Below, one piece after another: positions 39,438 to 48,964 of a stretch of DNA of 64,000 nt (its first letter is position 1; each line of letters starts with the position of its first letter). Where the stretch lies: NCBI GenBank assembly GCA_965202805.1, contig OZ241869.1:2464001-2528000 (forward strand), in the 5' to 3' direction. The position numbers were made by a program, and so were the translations under genes. The notes beneath the pieces were generated by a model. It made no database searches, was not told where the DNA came from, and saw nothing but the letters and a program-made list of their open reading frames with translations. The DNA is from Longimicrobiales bacterium (GTDB taxonomy: Bacteria; Gemmatimonadota; Gemmatimonadetes; Longimicrobiales; Gaopeijiaceae).

Positions 39438-39641
39438 ATGTCCCTGATCGGGTTCCACCGCTTTCTCATCTACTCGGGCATCATCTTCTGCCTGGCCTTC
39501 TCGGGCTACGAGTTCGTTCAGTACTCCCGCTCGTCCTCCCTCGGAGATCTCCTGCTCGGGATCGTCTTTCTGACGCTGGGCATCCTGCTCGCCTACTACC
39601 TGTCGCGGCTGGCCGACTTTCTCGCGGGCAAGGGACGATAA
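39438..39641 (+). CDS. Small 2-TM membrane protein
   Basis: 67-aa ORF beginning MSLIGFHRFLI with two hydrophobic helices; co-oriented with its neighbours. Confidence 0.65.
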   Translation: MSLIGFHRFLIYSGIIFCLAFSGYEFVQYSRSSSLGDLLLGIVFLTLGILLAYYLSRLADFLAGKGR

Positions 39642-39783
39642 CGCCCTCATCCAGCTCCCTGCCGGGAGCCTGACGCGCGAGGCAGTCGTCTCGCGGACGG
39701 CCCGTGACCTGCGTACTCTTCAGGAAAGCCGGTCACGCCGCTGCCGTCCGGCAACTTCAGGGAATTCAGGGGAGGAACGACCC

Positions 39784-41538
39784 ATGCGCGGCTTCACTAT
39801 TCCACTCGCCATCCTGCTCGCCATCGCCGTCCATCCCCTCACCGCCCGGGCTCAGTCCTTCGACCTGCTGATTCGAGGGGGACGGGTGCTGGACGGCACT
39901 GGCAATCCCGCGTTCGTCGCGGATGTGGGCGTCTCCGGAGGCGAGATCGTCGCGGTGGGGGATCTGGCCGGTGCGAGCGCGGCCCGCGAGATCGACGCGA
40001 CCGGGCTCCACGTCACGCCCGGCTTCATCGACATGCACTCGCATGCCGACCGCAGCCTGTTCAACGGGGACATCGAGATCCGGCGCGCGTCCAATCTCGT
40101 CGCCCAGGGAATCACGACCGTCGTGTTCGGGCCGGACGGACGAAATCCCGTTTGGCCCCTGGAAGCCGAGATCGCGGGGTACGAGAACGGGGGCACGGCG
40201 CTGAACGTGATTCCGATGGTCGGCCACGCCACGGTTCGCACCGTCGCGATGGGCTACGACTACGAGCGCCACGCGACTCCGGAGGAGATCGCGGTGATGG
40301 TCGCCGAGGTCCGCCAGGGGATGGAGGCCGGAGCCTGGGGGCTGGGCGCCGGACCCGAGTACCGGCCCGGGCGCTTCTCCACGACCGAGGAGATCATCGC
40401 CCTGGCACACGTCGTCGCCGACTACGACGGCTTCTACTACTCCCACCAGCGCAGCCAGTCCCCGCTTCCGCTCTGGCTCACCCCGAGCATCGTGGACGAG
40501 TACACGCCGCCTCCGACCTGGCCGCGGGGCTGGAGGCTCACGGCCACCGACGGCATGGGCGAGACCATTCGCATCGGGCGCGAAACCGGCATCCGCGTGG
40601 TGGGCACCCACATCAAGGCGAAAGGTCCGACCACATGGGGCCAGTCGGCGACCGACGTGGCCGCAATCAAGCGTGCCCGCGCCGAGGGCATCCAGGTCTA
40701 CCTCGACCAGTACCCCTACGAGACCTTCGGCGGTGGTTCAGCGGAGGTGATTCCGGCGTGGTACTATGCGCCGCCGGGCGAGAGCCGCGCCGGCGGGCTG
40801 GACGACCCGAAGTGGCGGGTCATCAACAGCGAGCTCTTCGCGAACTACAAGGACAACCTTCGCGCCCACCTGGGCGATCCGGAGATCTACCCCGAGATGG
40901 TCGCGGACATCGAGTACATGCTCGATCTTCAGGGCGGGGCCGCCCGGCACGTAATCGTCATCTCGCCTCAGGACGAGTCACTGGTCGGACACACCCTCGA
41001 GGAAGTGGCGAAGAAGAACGGCGTAACGCCGGTCGATCAGCTCATCCAGTTCGCGCTCGACAGCGAGCCGTCCGTCCGCTCCGGAGTGCGCTTCCGTCCG
41101 CTGGCCGGAAGCCCCGAAGATGTCGAGCGCTACATGCGGCAGGACTTTACCGCGACCGGCACGGATGGTGGAATCGTGCCGAACCCGGGTCCGGGGCGGC
41201 ATCCACGGTACTACGGGACGTATCCACACAAGATCGCGACCTACGTCCGCGACAAGGGCACCATCACGCTGCCGTTCTTCGTCCGCTCCTCGACCGGCCT
41301 GCCCGCCCAGATCATCGGGCTCCCCGACCGCGGGTACATCCGCCCGGGACAGAAGGCCGACCTGGTCGCCTTCGATTATCCGCGGGTGCAGGACCACGCG
41401 ACGATCATCAATCCGGGCGGCGGCAACGAGGGCATCGAGTACGTGTTCGTGAACGGTGAGGCGGTGGTCGACGGAGGCGAGCTGACGGGAGCCCTCCCCG
41501 GCCGGGTGCTACGGCGGCACGAGGCGCGCGGGCGGTAG
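39784..41538 (+). CDS. N-acyl-D-amino-acid deacylase family amidohydrolase (exported)
   Basis: PGFIDMHSH, QGITT, SHQR, THIK, DQYPY, HPRYYG, RGYIRPGQKADLV; signal peptide. Confidence 0.88.
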   Translation: MRGFTIPLAILLAIAVHPLTARAQSFDLLIRGGRVLDGTGNPAFVADVGVSGGEIVAVGDLAGASAAREIDATGLHVTPGFIDMHSHADRSLFNGDIEIRRASNLVAQGITTVVFGPDGRNPVWPLEAEIAGYENGGTALNVIPMVGHATVRTVAMGYDYERHATPEEIAVMVAEVRQGMEAGAWGLGAGPEYRPGRFSTTEEIIALAHVVADYDGFYYSHQRSQSPLPLWLTPSIVDEYTPPPTWPRGWRLTATDGMGETIRIGRETGIRVVGTHIKAKGPTTWGQSATDVAAIKRARAEGIQVYLDQYPYETFGGGSAEVIPAWYYAPPGESRAGGLDDPKWRVINSELFANYKDNLRAHLGDPEIYPEMVADIEYMLDLQGGAARHVIVISPQDESLVGHTLEEVAKKNGVTPVDQLIQFALDSEPSVRSGVRFRPLAGSPEDVERYMRQDFTATGTDGGIVPNPGPGRHPRYYGTYPHKIATYVRDKGTITLPFFVRSSTGLPAQIIGLPDRGYIRPGQKADLVAFDYPRVQDHATIINPGGGNEGIEYVFVNGEAVVDGGELTGALPGRVLRRHEARGR

Positions 41539-41543
41539 GCCCC

Positions 41544-42500
41544 TCAGGCCGTCCTGTCCAGCGGGTTCGCGGCGAAGGCGGCGCGCAGCTTCGGGTGCTT
41601 GCGCCACAGGTAGTAGCCCATCCCGCCCGCCGCCAGCACGTTCGCGAAGGCGATCGACGTCCAGGCCAGGGGACCGAGCAGGAACTCCGCCCCGATCGCG
41701 ATGAAGCCCATGAAGGCGGCCTCGAACCCCACGAAGAGCAGGACCGCACCGAGCAGCAGGGGCGGCGCCTCCTCCGCCTGGGTCAGGACCGCCGACGCGA
41801 CCACCCCCATCACCGCGAACGCGCCAAGGTGCAGGGCGGAGTAACCCACCACCGCCCCCATGTGGATCGAGACGGCGTCGAGGTCGGTGACCCCGAGGAA
41901 CAGGGCGGAGCCCAGCGCGCTCGGCGTGAACAAGGGCTGGCCCGAGACCACGTCGAAGATCAGGAACCAGACCGCCACTACGCCCGCGCCGATCAGACCC
42001 GAAACGATCCCCTCCATCAGGATGTGCTGGCGGCGCATGATCGACCACCAGTGCACCTCCGGCGTCGCGCCCATCATGTGCAGATAGCCCACCATGGTGA
42101 CCCCGGCGATCAGGTTGCCGGTCAGGTACTCCGGCCAGCCCAGGCTCTCGACGATGTCCACCCCGGTGACCGAGACGCTCGCGAAGAACACGAGTTCGTA
42201 CAGAATGAAGCCGACGATCAGCCCCGCGAGTATGTTGGGCACCGCCCTGATCCGGCCCAGAAGCCAGGCCACCGCCACCCCGGCCAGCGCGAAGAGCACC
42301 AGGTGAATCACCGAGTAGACCGCGATGTTGCCCGGAGCCACCGAGACCGTCTCCCGGCCCAGAATGGCGGCCTCCAGGAACGCCGGAGTGCGGAAGGGCT
42401 GGCCCCGCGAGGCATCGATGGCCAGGAACCACAGCGCCATCGCAACGGCGCCGAGCATCCCCGACAGGGCCCCGGGATAGAAAAACCGCTTCACGAACAT
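41544..42500 (-). CDS. Internally duplicated multi-TM membrane protein
   Basis: Two homologous halves (G..GA..VA.WFL..D...GQP..TP..L..A; YS..HL..F), about 8 TM helices; AGGAGG RBS. Confidence 0.8.
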   Translation of the reverse strand: MFVKRFFYPGALSGMLGAVAMALWFLAIDASRGQPFRTPAFLEAAILGRETVSVAPGNIAVYSVIHLVLFALAGVAVAWLLGRIRAVPNILAGLIVGFILYELVFFASVSVTGVDIVESLGWPEYLTGNLIAGVTMVGYLHMMGATPEVHWWSIMRRQHILMEGIVSGLIGAGVVAVWFLIFDVVSGQPLFTPSALGSALFLGVTDLDAVSIHMGAVVGYSALHLGAFAVMGVVASAVLTQAEEAPPLLLGAVLLFVGFEAAFMGFIAIGAEFLLGPLAWTSIAFANVLAAGGMGYYLWRKHPKLRAAFAANPLDRTA

Positions 42501-42780
42501 GGACCGCCTCCTTCAGTTGGGCCGGAGGGAACCGGCGTCCCCGAACGCGCGACATAGCCCATGGCTATCCGTGAGGTTGGGCCCGGACGCCCCGGTGCCG
42601 CAAGTGTGGCCAGGGCCGGGTGAGTCACTGGAACTGCAATTGTCGGCGCGCGGGATTGCGGGAGAGTCCACGAGCGAGAAAGCCCTGACCGCCGCATCGG
42701 GCACGGTCAGGGCTTTGCCCAGCTGTTGGAGAGAGGGCGGCCCGGCTCGCTTCGGCCGGCGGCCCCTGGCGGTCAGCCGA

Positions 42781-43047
42781 TCAGAACTCCGTCAGCACGG
42801 CGATCACCAGGATCACCGCCAGCGGCAGCGGGCTCGCGGCCAGGATCCACAGCCGTTTGGGCTCGAACTTCAGGTGCATGTAGTAGAGCGCCACCAGCAG
42901 GGCCTTCCAGAGCGCCATGAGGATCAGACCCGTGGCGAGCAGCCACTGCGGGAGGGCGAGAAACGCGTACCCCACCTCGGCCATCGTCAGAACGAAAAGT
43001 ATGAACCAGATCAGGAAGTATCTGGGTTCTTGCCCGTTGCCTGCCAT
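42781..43047 (-). CDS. ctaF: Cytochrome c oxidase subunit IV (CtaF-like)
   Basis: Y..IW..L.VLT..EV ... KALLVALYYMHLKFE; follows subunit III. Confidence 0.88.
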   Translation of the reverse strand: MAGNGQEPRYFLIWFILFVLTMAEVGYAFLALPQWLLATGLILMALWKALLVALYYMHLKFEPKRLWILAASPLPLAVILVIAVLTEF

Positions 43048-43090
43048 CCGGGTGTCTCCTTGGTTTCCAGGCGGCGGTCCGCCCCGATGA

Positions 43091-43726
43091 TCAGATCAGG
43101 TAAACGATGGTGAACAGGATGATCCAGACCAGATCGACGAAGTGCCAGTAGAGACCCATGATCTCCACCGCCCCGTAGTTGTCCGCCGAGTACTTGCCCT
43201 GCCACGCGCGGTAGAGCACGAACCACATGCACAGAATCCCGATCGTGACGTGGGTGCCGTGGAATCCCGTCATCGTATAGAAGGTGGCTCCGTACAGGGC
43301 GGCTCCCTCGATCTCGTGCGCCACGCCGTACAGCTCCACCATGGGCACGAAGCCCTCCTGCGCCAGCAGGATGTACTCGACCACCTGAACCCCGACAAAG
43401 AAGGTGCCGAGCAGGATCGTCACCAGGAGCCAGAATCTGAGCCCCTTCTGATCGCCCTGCGTGATCGCGGCGTAGGCCTTGACCATCGACACGCTCGAGC
43501 AAATCAGCACGAACGTGTTGAAGGCCGTGAGCGGCACGTTCAGCACCGCACCGGGCTCGGCGAAATGATCCGGGTGGGCGAATCGCAGGATGATGTAGGA
43601 CCCGATCAGGGCCGTGAAGAACATCACTTCCGACAGCAGGAAGATCCACATTCCCAGCTTTACGTTGTAGACCATCATCCCGGGCATGGGATGCCGGTCG
43701 GCTGTCGATGCGGCTGGTTGGCTCAT
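43091..43726 (-). CDS. ctaE: Cytochrome c oxidase subunit III
   Basis: GMWIFLLSEVMFF, NTFVLICSS, Q..EY, FYTMTGFHGTHV, GLYWHFVDLVW. Confidence 0.96.
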   Translation of the reverse strand: MSQPAASTADRHPMPGMMVYNVKLGMWIFLLSEVMFFTALIGSYIILRFAHPDHFAEPGAVLNVPLTAFNTFVLICSSVSMVKAYAAITQGDQKGLRFWLLVTILLGTFFVGVQVVEYILLAQEGFVPMVELYGVAHEIEGAALYGATFYTMTGFHGTHVTIGILCMWFVLYRAWQGKYSADNYGAVEIMGLYWHFVDLVWIILFTIVYLI

Positions 43727-43803
43727 GCGTCAGCTATCTCCTGAAGTTCCAGATCACTGGAGGGAATGCGGTTCGGCCGGCGAAACGAAGACGGGCATCG
43801 GGT

Positions 43804-45564
43804 CTAGTCCGCTACCGGCTGGGGTTCGAGCGCGGGCGCAGCGGTCTCGCTGGGCGGCGGAGTATCCTGCAACCAGTAGTCCTCTTCCACGTCGGGCGCG
43901 GAGTACTCGTACGGCCCGCGGTAGACGATGGGCACCAGCTCGAAGTTTCCGTGCGGCGGCGGCGACGGCACCGTCCACTCCAGGGAGTTGGCCTTCCACG
44001 GGTTGTTGCCGGCCTTTTTCCCCTTCCAGATGCTGATGATGAAGTTGAGGGCGTAGATCGCCTGAACCGCCACCAGCGCGAAGACGGCCATCGTGATGAA
44101 CTCGTTGATGGGCTGCAGGGGCTGCAGGAACTCGTACTGCGTGGGGTCGTAGATGCGCCGCATGTGACCCTGGATCCCGATCGAGTGCATGGGCCAGAAC
44201 ACGATGTTGTAGAGGATCATGGTCAGCCAGAAGTGGATCTTGCCCCACTTCTCGCTCATGAGCCGGCCGAACATCTTCGGATACCAGAACGTGACGCCGG
44301 CGAAGATCGCGAACAGGCTGCCGCCGAAGAGCACGTAGTGGATGTGCGCCACGATGAAGTAGGTGTCGTGGATGTAGACGTCGACCGGGGTCGAGGCCAT
44401 GAACACGCCCGAGAGCCCGCCGATGATGAACATCGACACGAAGCCCAGTGCGTGCAGCATGGGGGTGTGCAGGTGGATGTTCCCCTTGTAGATGGTCCCC
44501 AGCCAGTTGAACACCTTGATGGCGGACGGGACCGCGATGACCATGGTCGTGATCATGAAGGTGGTGCCGAGCATCGGGTTCATCCCGCTCTGGAACATGT
44601 GGTGCCCCCACACGATCCACGACAGGAAGGCGATGGAGACGATCGCCAGCACCATGGCGTGGTAGCCGAAGACCGGCTTGCGCGCGCCGTTGGCCAGCAC
44701 GTCCGAGGTGATGCCCATGGCGGGCAGGATGAGGATGTAGACCTCCGGGTGCCCGAAGAACCAGAACAGGTGCTGCCAGAGGAGCGGCTCGCCGTCGCTG
44801 GCCGGCAGGAAGAACCCGGTCCCGATGGTCTGGTCGAAGAGCAGCATGATCAGCGCGCCCGCCAGAATCGGGATCGCCAGCAGGATCAGGATCGCGGTGA
44901 TGAAGAGCGCCCAGGTGGCCAGCGGCATCCGGAACCAGGTCATCCCGGGCGCGCGCATGTTGATGATGGTCGTGATGTAGTTGACCGCGCCCGCCAGTGA
45001 CGCGAAGCCCAGGATGGTGAGGCTGATCAGCCAGAGCTGCTGCCCGAGGTAGACGCCGGTGTATTCCCCGCTTGCGCTGAGCGGGGCGTAGGACGTCCAG
45101 CCGGCTCCGGCCGCGCCTCCCTCGACCGCGAAGCTCGCGAGCATCAGCAGCCCGGCCGGGAACGCCATCCAGAACGACGCCATGTTGAGGCGCGGGAAGG
45201 CCATGTCGTCGGCACCGATCTGAAGCGGGATCAGCAGGTTGCCGAAGACCCCCACCAGCAGCGGCATGATCGCGAAGAAGATCATGATGGTGCCGTGCAT
45301 GGTGACCAGCGAGTTGTAGAACTCGGGCAGCATGATGGCGCCGGCGGGCGTGGGCGCCATCATCTCGTCGGGCAGGAGCATGCCTCCGGGCATGGGCTCG
45401 CTCGGGAAGCCCAGTTGCCACCGGATCATCATCGCCAGCAATCCCCCTACGACGAGGAAGAACAGGCTCATCAGGAGGAACTGGATGGCGATGATCTTGT
45501 GGTCGGTCGAGAAGACGTAACGCCGAATCCACGGCATCTCGTGGGCGTGCGCGTGCGCGTCCAT
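43804..45564 (-). CDS. ctaD: Cytochrome c oxidase subunit I, A1-type heme-copper oxidase
   Basis: STDHK, TMHG, DMAFPRLN (D channel), WFFGHPEVY (A1 signature), VWGHH, AVPSAIK (K channel), HDTYFIVAHIHY, MRRIY. Confidence 0.97.
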   Translation of the reverse strand: MDAHAHAHEMPWIRRYVFSTDHKIIAIQFLLMSLFFLVVGGLLAMMIRWQLGFPSEPMPGGMLLPDEMMAPTPAGAIMLPEFYNSLVTMHGTIMIFFAIMPLLVGVFGNLLIPLQIGADDMAFPRLNMASFWMAFPAGLLMLASFAVEGGAAGAGWTSYAPLSASGEYTGVYLGQQLWLISLTILGFASLAGAVNYITTIINMRAPGMTWFRMPLATWALFITAILILLAIPILAGALIMLLFDQTIGTGFFLPASDGEPLLWQHLFWFFGHPEVYILILPAMGITSDVLANGARKPVFGYHAMVLAIVSIAFLSWIVWGHHMFQSGMNPMLGTTFMITTMVIAVPSAIKVFNWLGTIYKGNIHLHTPMLHALGFVSMFIIGGLSGVFMASTPVDVYIHDTYFIVAHIHYVLFGGSLFAIFAGVTFWYPKMFGRLMSEKWGKIHFWLTMILYNIVFWPMHSIGIQGHMRRIYDPTQYEFLQPLQPINEFITMAVFALVAVQAIYALNFIISIWKGKKAGNNPWKANSLEWTVPSPPPHGNFELVPIVYRGPYEYSAPDVEEDYWLQDTPPPSETAAPALEPQPVAD

Positions 45565-46266
45565 CTACTGGTCCTCCTGATCGTCAGCGTCGTCGGCGTC
45601 GTCGGCGTCCGCGCTCCGGGAGGCGACCCACGCCTGGAAGTCGGCATCCTCGTACACGTTGAGTGTCCCGCCCATGGTCGTATGCAGGTTTCCGCACAGC
45701 TCCGCGCATCCGATGGGATACGCGCCCGCGGTGGTCGCTTCGAACCAGACGGTGATGTCCATCCCCGGCACGGCATCCTGCTTCACCCGCATCTCGGGCA
45801 GGAAGAACGAGTGCAGCACGTCCTCGGACCGGAGGGTGATGTTGACCGCCTGGTTCACCGGGACATGCATGATGTTGATCGTCGAGATGTCGTCGGCGGT
45901 GCCGGTGACCCCGTCCGTGCCGGCGTAGGTGATCTCCCACTCGAACTGCTTCGCGTTGACGATGTAGTCGAGGGCGTCGGCGGGCACGCTGTCCGGATTC
46001 TTCATCTGGTTCCACGACGGAATGCTGATGAAGGCCAGCCCCAGAACGGCGATGAAGGGGACGGTGGTCCAGACGATCTCCGCCTTCGTCGACCCGTGGA
46101 TGTAGGTGGCCTTCCGCCCTTCGCGGCGCCGGTAGCGGATGACGAAATAGACCAGGAGCGCCTCGGTGACCACGAAAACGATTCCCGTGACCACGAGGAT
46201 CGCATAGTAGAGGAAGTCGACGTCCGGCCCAAAGGTGGAATAACTGTCGGGGAGGAGCCAGCTCAT
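45565..46266 (-). CDS. ctaC: Cytochrome c oxidase subunit II (CuA), no fused cytochrome c
   Basis: 2 TM helices; EIVWT; QFEW; DVLHSF; KQDAVPG; CAELCGNLHTTM. Confidence 0.95.
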   Translation of the reverse strand: MSWLLPDSYSTFGPDVDFLYYAILVVTGIVFVVTEALLVYFVIRYRRREGRKATYIHGSTKAEIVWTTVPFIAVLGLAFISIPSWNQMKNPDSVPADALDYIVNAKQFEWEITYAGTDGVTGTADDISTINIMHVPVNQAVNITLRSEDVLHSFFLPEMRVKQDAVPGMDITVWFEATTAGAYPIGCAELCGNLHTTMGGTLNVYEDADFQAWVASRSADADDADDADDQEDQ

Positions 46267-46380
46267 GTTGGTGTTCTCCTGCTCGCTGCCGGGGATGATT
46301 CCGTGCGGGCTGGATGCCCGGTCGCGTACCGGACCGGCGCCCCAGCGGGGAGGCGCCGGCCCGTCCTCGGCGCTTCGTGT

Positions 46381-47259
46381 CTAATGGGTCGCGGGAGCGA
46401 GGGCGTGGGCTCCGGCACCGTGGGGATCGATCGGCTCGCCCATCGGCACCACGGCGTTCGCCGCCATCGCCTCCGAGAAGGAGAAGCTCACCATTGCGGT
46501 CTCGCCGGTGGTGACGGTGACGCTGGCGGTCTGCGTTCCGTAGCGCTCGTGCCATGCCTCGACCACGTACTCACCGGGCGGGAGCATGCCCAGGTCGGCG
46601 CCTCCCTCCATGTCCGTGACCCCGTGGAAGGGGTGGTCCAGCACGCCCACGTAGGCGCCCATCCAGCCATGCACGTCACAGCGCACCGGGACCATCACCT
46701 CCGCCAGCGGGAAGTTGCGGTTGGTGTCCATGTTCACCGGCTGGCTGATGTTGAAGCCGCGGTTTTCGCTGGGCGAGGCGTTGATGTTGTGGGGCAGGCC
46801 GTCCGAGTTGCGGAAGGTGAGGTCCTGTCCCGCCTGCACGCCCACGACCCTGGGCACGTAGCGGCAGCCGACCTGGTCCATGACCACCGCGCCGCCGGGC
46901 GTGGGGAAGCTCATGCCCGCGTCGAGGCCTTCCCGGACGTAGACGAAGACGTTGGCGAGGCCGCCGCCGTCGCCCACCACGACCTCCTCGGTCATCGGGG
47001 TGTCGGTGTACCGCGCCGCGCAATCCGGCTCGGACGCCATGTCGATCGCATCCATTTCGGGCGCCATGCCCTCGAACATCACCATCGCGTTGATGCCGCC
47101 CGCCGTGGCCATGTCGACGGGAGAGGCCATCTCCTCGCCGGCGGCCTCTTCCTCCATGCCGCCGCCGGCCTCACCTCCGCCGCCGCCACCGCACGCGATC
47201 GCGAATACCGCCGCCGTCGCCATCACCATGGCCCGGCCGCATCCAAACAGGTCTCTCAT
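46381..47259 (-). CDS. Lipoprotein with a cupredoxin (type-1 Cu) domain and a carboxypeptidase-regulatory-like beta domain
   Basis: Lipobox FAIAC; DQVGCRYVP; NSDGLPHNI; CDVHGWM (His..C-x2-H-x2-M, amicyanin spacing); PGEYVVEAWHE. Confidence 0.8.
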   Translation of the reverse strand: MRDLFGCGRAMVMATAAVFAIACGGGGGGEAGGGMEEEAAGEEMASPVDMATAGGINAMVMFEGMAPEMDAIDMASEPDCAARYTDTPMTEEVVVGDGGGLANVFVYVREGLDAGMSFPTPGGAVVMDQVGCRYVPRVVGVQAGQDLTFRNSDGLPHNINASPSENRGFNISQPVNMDTNRNFPLAEVMVPVRCDVHGWMGAYVGVLDHPFHGVTDMEGGADLGMLPPGEYVVEAWHERYGTQTASVTVTTGETAMVSFSFSEAMAANAVVPMGEPIDPHGAGAHALAPATH

Positions 47260-47293
47260 TCCTTCCTCCGTGGTGCTATTTGAACTTCGATGT

Positions 47294-48964
47294 CTACGCG
47301 TCGCCTTCATCCGGGCCCTCGGCGCCTTCCCGCTCGCGCTTCTGCGCCCGGGCCACCACCAGGACGCCCAGCCCGGCGGTGAGCAGCGTCGCGATCAGCG
47401 GCGCGACCACCACGGTGGCTGGCGTCGGTTCCTGCAGGAAAATGTAATGCCATGAACTGATCGAGCCCCTGGTCCCGGATTCGCCGTTGTCGCCGTCCCA
47501 GGCGGCGAAGCCGACGGGCACCGGTTCGCCCACGCGGAACTGCAGATCACCCGGATCCTCGGTCTCAAGAGCGCGGCGGAACATAACAGCCCAGCGTCCC
47601 GCCGAAAACGCCGCCTCCGATACGAGCGACTGGCTGGCGTCGCCCTGAGGGGCCATGGTGCCCAGCCCGCGGGCGTCCCCCTCCTGCGCGGCGCCCGCCG
47701 TGCTCTCCCAGTTCCACAGGTACACCGGGTTGAGGGGATCCCCCATGAGGAAGTAGGGCTTGTCCATTCCCTCGGGGATTTCCATGGGGAACTGAACGTA
47801 CAGGGCGTCGGGTCTCGGACCCGGTTCCATGTCGCCCTCGTCGGGTCCCACCACCTCGAGAATCCGGGCCTGGAAGTCGGCCCAGGCGGTGTCGGGGCTC
47901 TCGGAGTGGTCGCTCCAGGAGACGTGCACCGCGAGTTCGCCGCCGTCGTGCAGGGCGCGCACCCACAGCCCGCTCACCTGCGGGACGAACCAGCGCGGGC
48001 TCTCGATGATCTGTCCGCCCATGGGAATGTAGAACGCCTCCGCGGACTCCCACATCGGGTCGTCCACACCCTGCGGCAGGGGCGCATCCTCCACCAGACC
48101 GGCCCGGATCACCTCGGTGATGCCCGGCGGGTCCTCGGGCGCGAAGCTGCGCACGTAGTGGGAGAGGTTCCACAACTGTTCGTCGGTGATGACGCCGGCG
48201 TCGATGAGGTCGGTGAACGACGGCATCGGCGTCCCGTCCAGGCCGGTGCGCAGCCGCTGGTAGATGTCCTCCACCGTGCCGCCGCCGTTGAAGAACCAGT
48301 TCTCGGTCAGGTCCACCGAGTAGATCGGCATGCCGGTGTCGTCCACCAGCGTCGGCGACGAGGTGCCGTCGCCCCGTCCATCGGCGCCGTGGCAGCGGTT
48401 GCACTCGATGAGCTCGTAAACCTGCTGTCCGTCTGCGAGGGCTTCCTCGGTCGCCCGGGTCGGGCTGCTGAAGGTCATGGGCTCAGGGGCCTCGCCGGCG
48501 GCGAAGAAGCGCGAAAAACTCTTCAGGTAGTCGACGAGCGCCAGTCGCTCTTCGAGGCTGAGCTCTTCCTCCCATCCGGGCATCGTCGTGCCCGGCATGC
48601 CTTCGTTGATGACGCGCATGATGTCGTCGTCGGTGGGAAGCTGCCCGCTCGCCGTGGTGCGGATCTGGTAGAGCGCCTGGGTGAAGTCGCGCGGGCGCGG
48701 CAGCATGTACTCCGCCGCGTAGCCGTCGCCGAGACCTTCGTACCCGTGGCAGGACGCGCACCAGCGGTCGTAGACGTCCCGCCCGAGCGCGTTCTCTTCC
48801 TGGGCGTCCTGCGCGATCAGGGGCACCGGGCCGGCGCACACGATCGCCGCGACGAGAACGCTCGCCGCCGCCATCCCGAACGCAGCCCGGGTACGGACCC
48901 TCCGGGCGCGTCGCCGGGTGCCGCGTCCGTCTCTCTCCGCCGTTTCCATCGCCCGCGCCCGCAT
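47294..48964 (-). CDS. Diheme cytochrome c fused to an ethylbenzene-dehydrogenase gamma (EbdC/NxrC-like) heme-b domain
   Basis: CASCH..G.GDG..PRPRDFT; GMPGTTMP; CNRCH; GLDGTPMP; C-terminal VRALHDG..VSWSD, D..YVQFP, LMGDP..PVYLWNW, FAAWDG; C-terminal TM segment. Confidence 0.85.
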   Translation of the reverse strand: MRARAMETAERDGRGTRRRARRVRTRAAFGMAAASVLVAAIVCAGPVPLIAQDAQEENALGRDVYDRWCASCHGYEGLGDGYAAEYMLPRPRDFTQALYQIRTTASGQLPTDDDIMRVINEGMPGTTMPGWEEELSLEERLALVDYLKSFSRFFAAGEAPEPMTFSSPTRATEEALADGQQVYELIECNRCHGADGRGDGTSSPTLVDDTGMPIYSVDLTENWFFNGGGTVEDIYQRLRTGLDGTPMPSFTDLIDAGVITDEQLWNLSHYVRSFAPEDPPGITEVIRAGLVEDAPLPQGVDDPMWESAEAFYIPMGGQIIESPRWFVPQVSGLWVRALHDGGELAVHVSWSDHSESPDTAWADFQARILEVVGPDEGDMEPGPRPDALYVQFPMEIPEGMDKPYFLMGDPLNPVYLWNWESTAGAAQEGDARGLGTMAPQGDASQSLVSEAAFSAGRWAVMFRRALETEDPGDLQFRVGEPVPVGFAAWDGDNGESGTRGSISSWHYIFLQEPTPATVVVAPLIATLLTAGLGVLVVARAQKREREGAEGPDEGDA

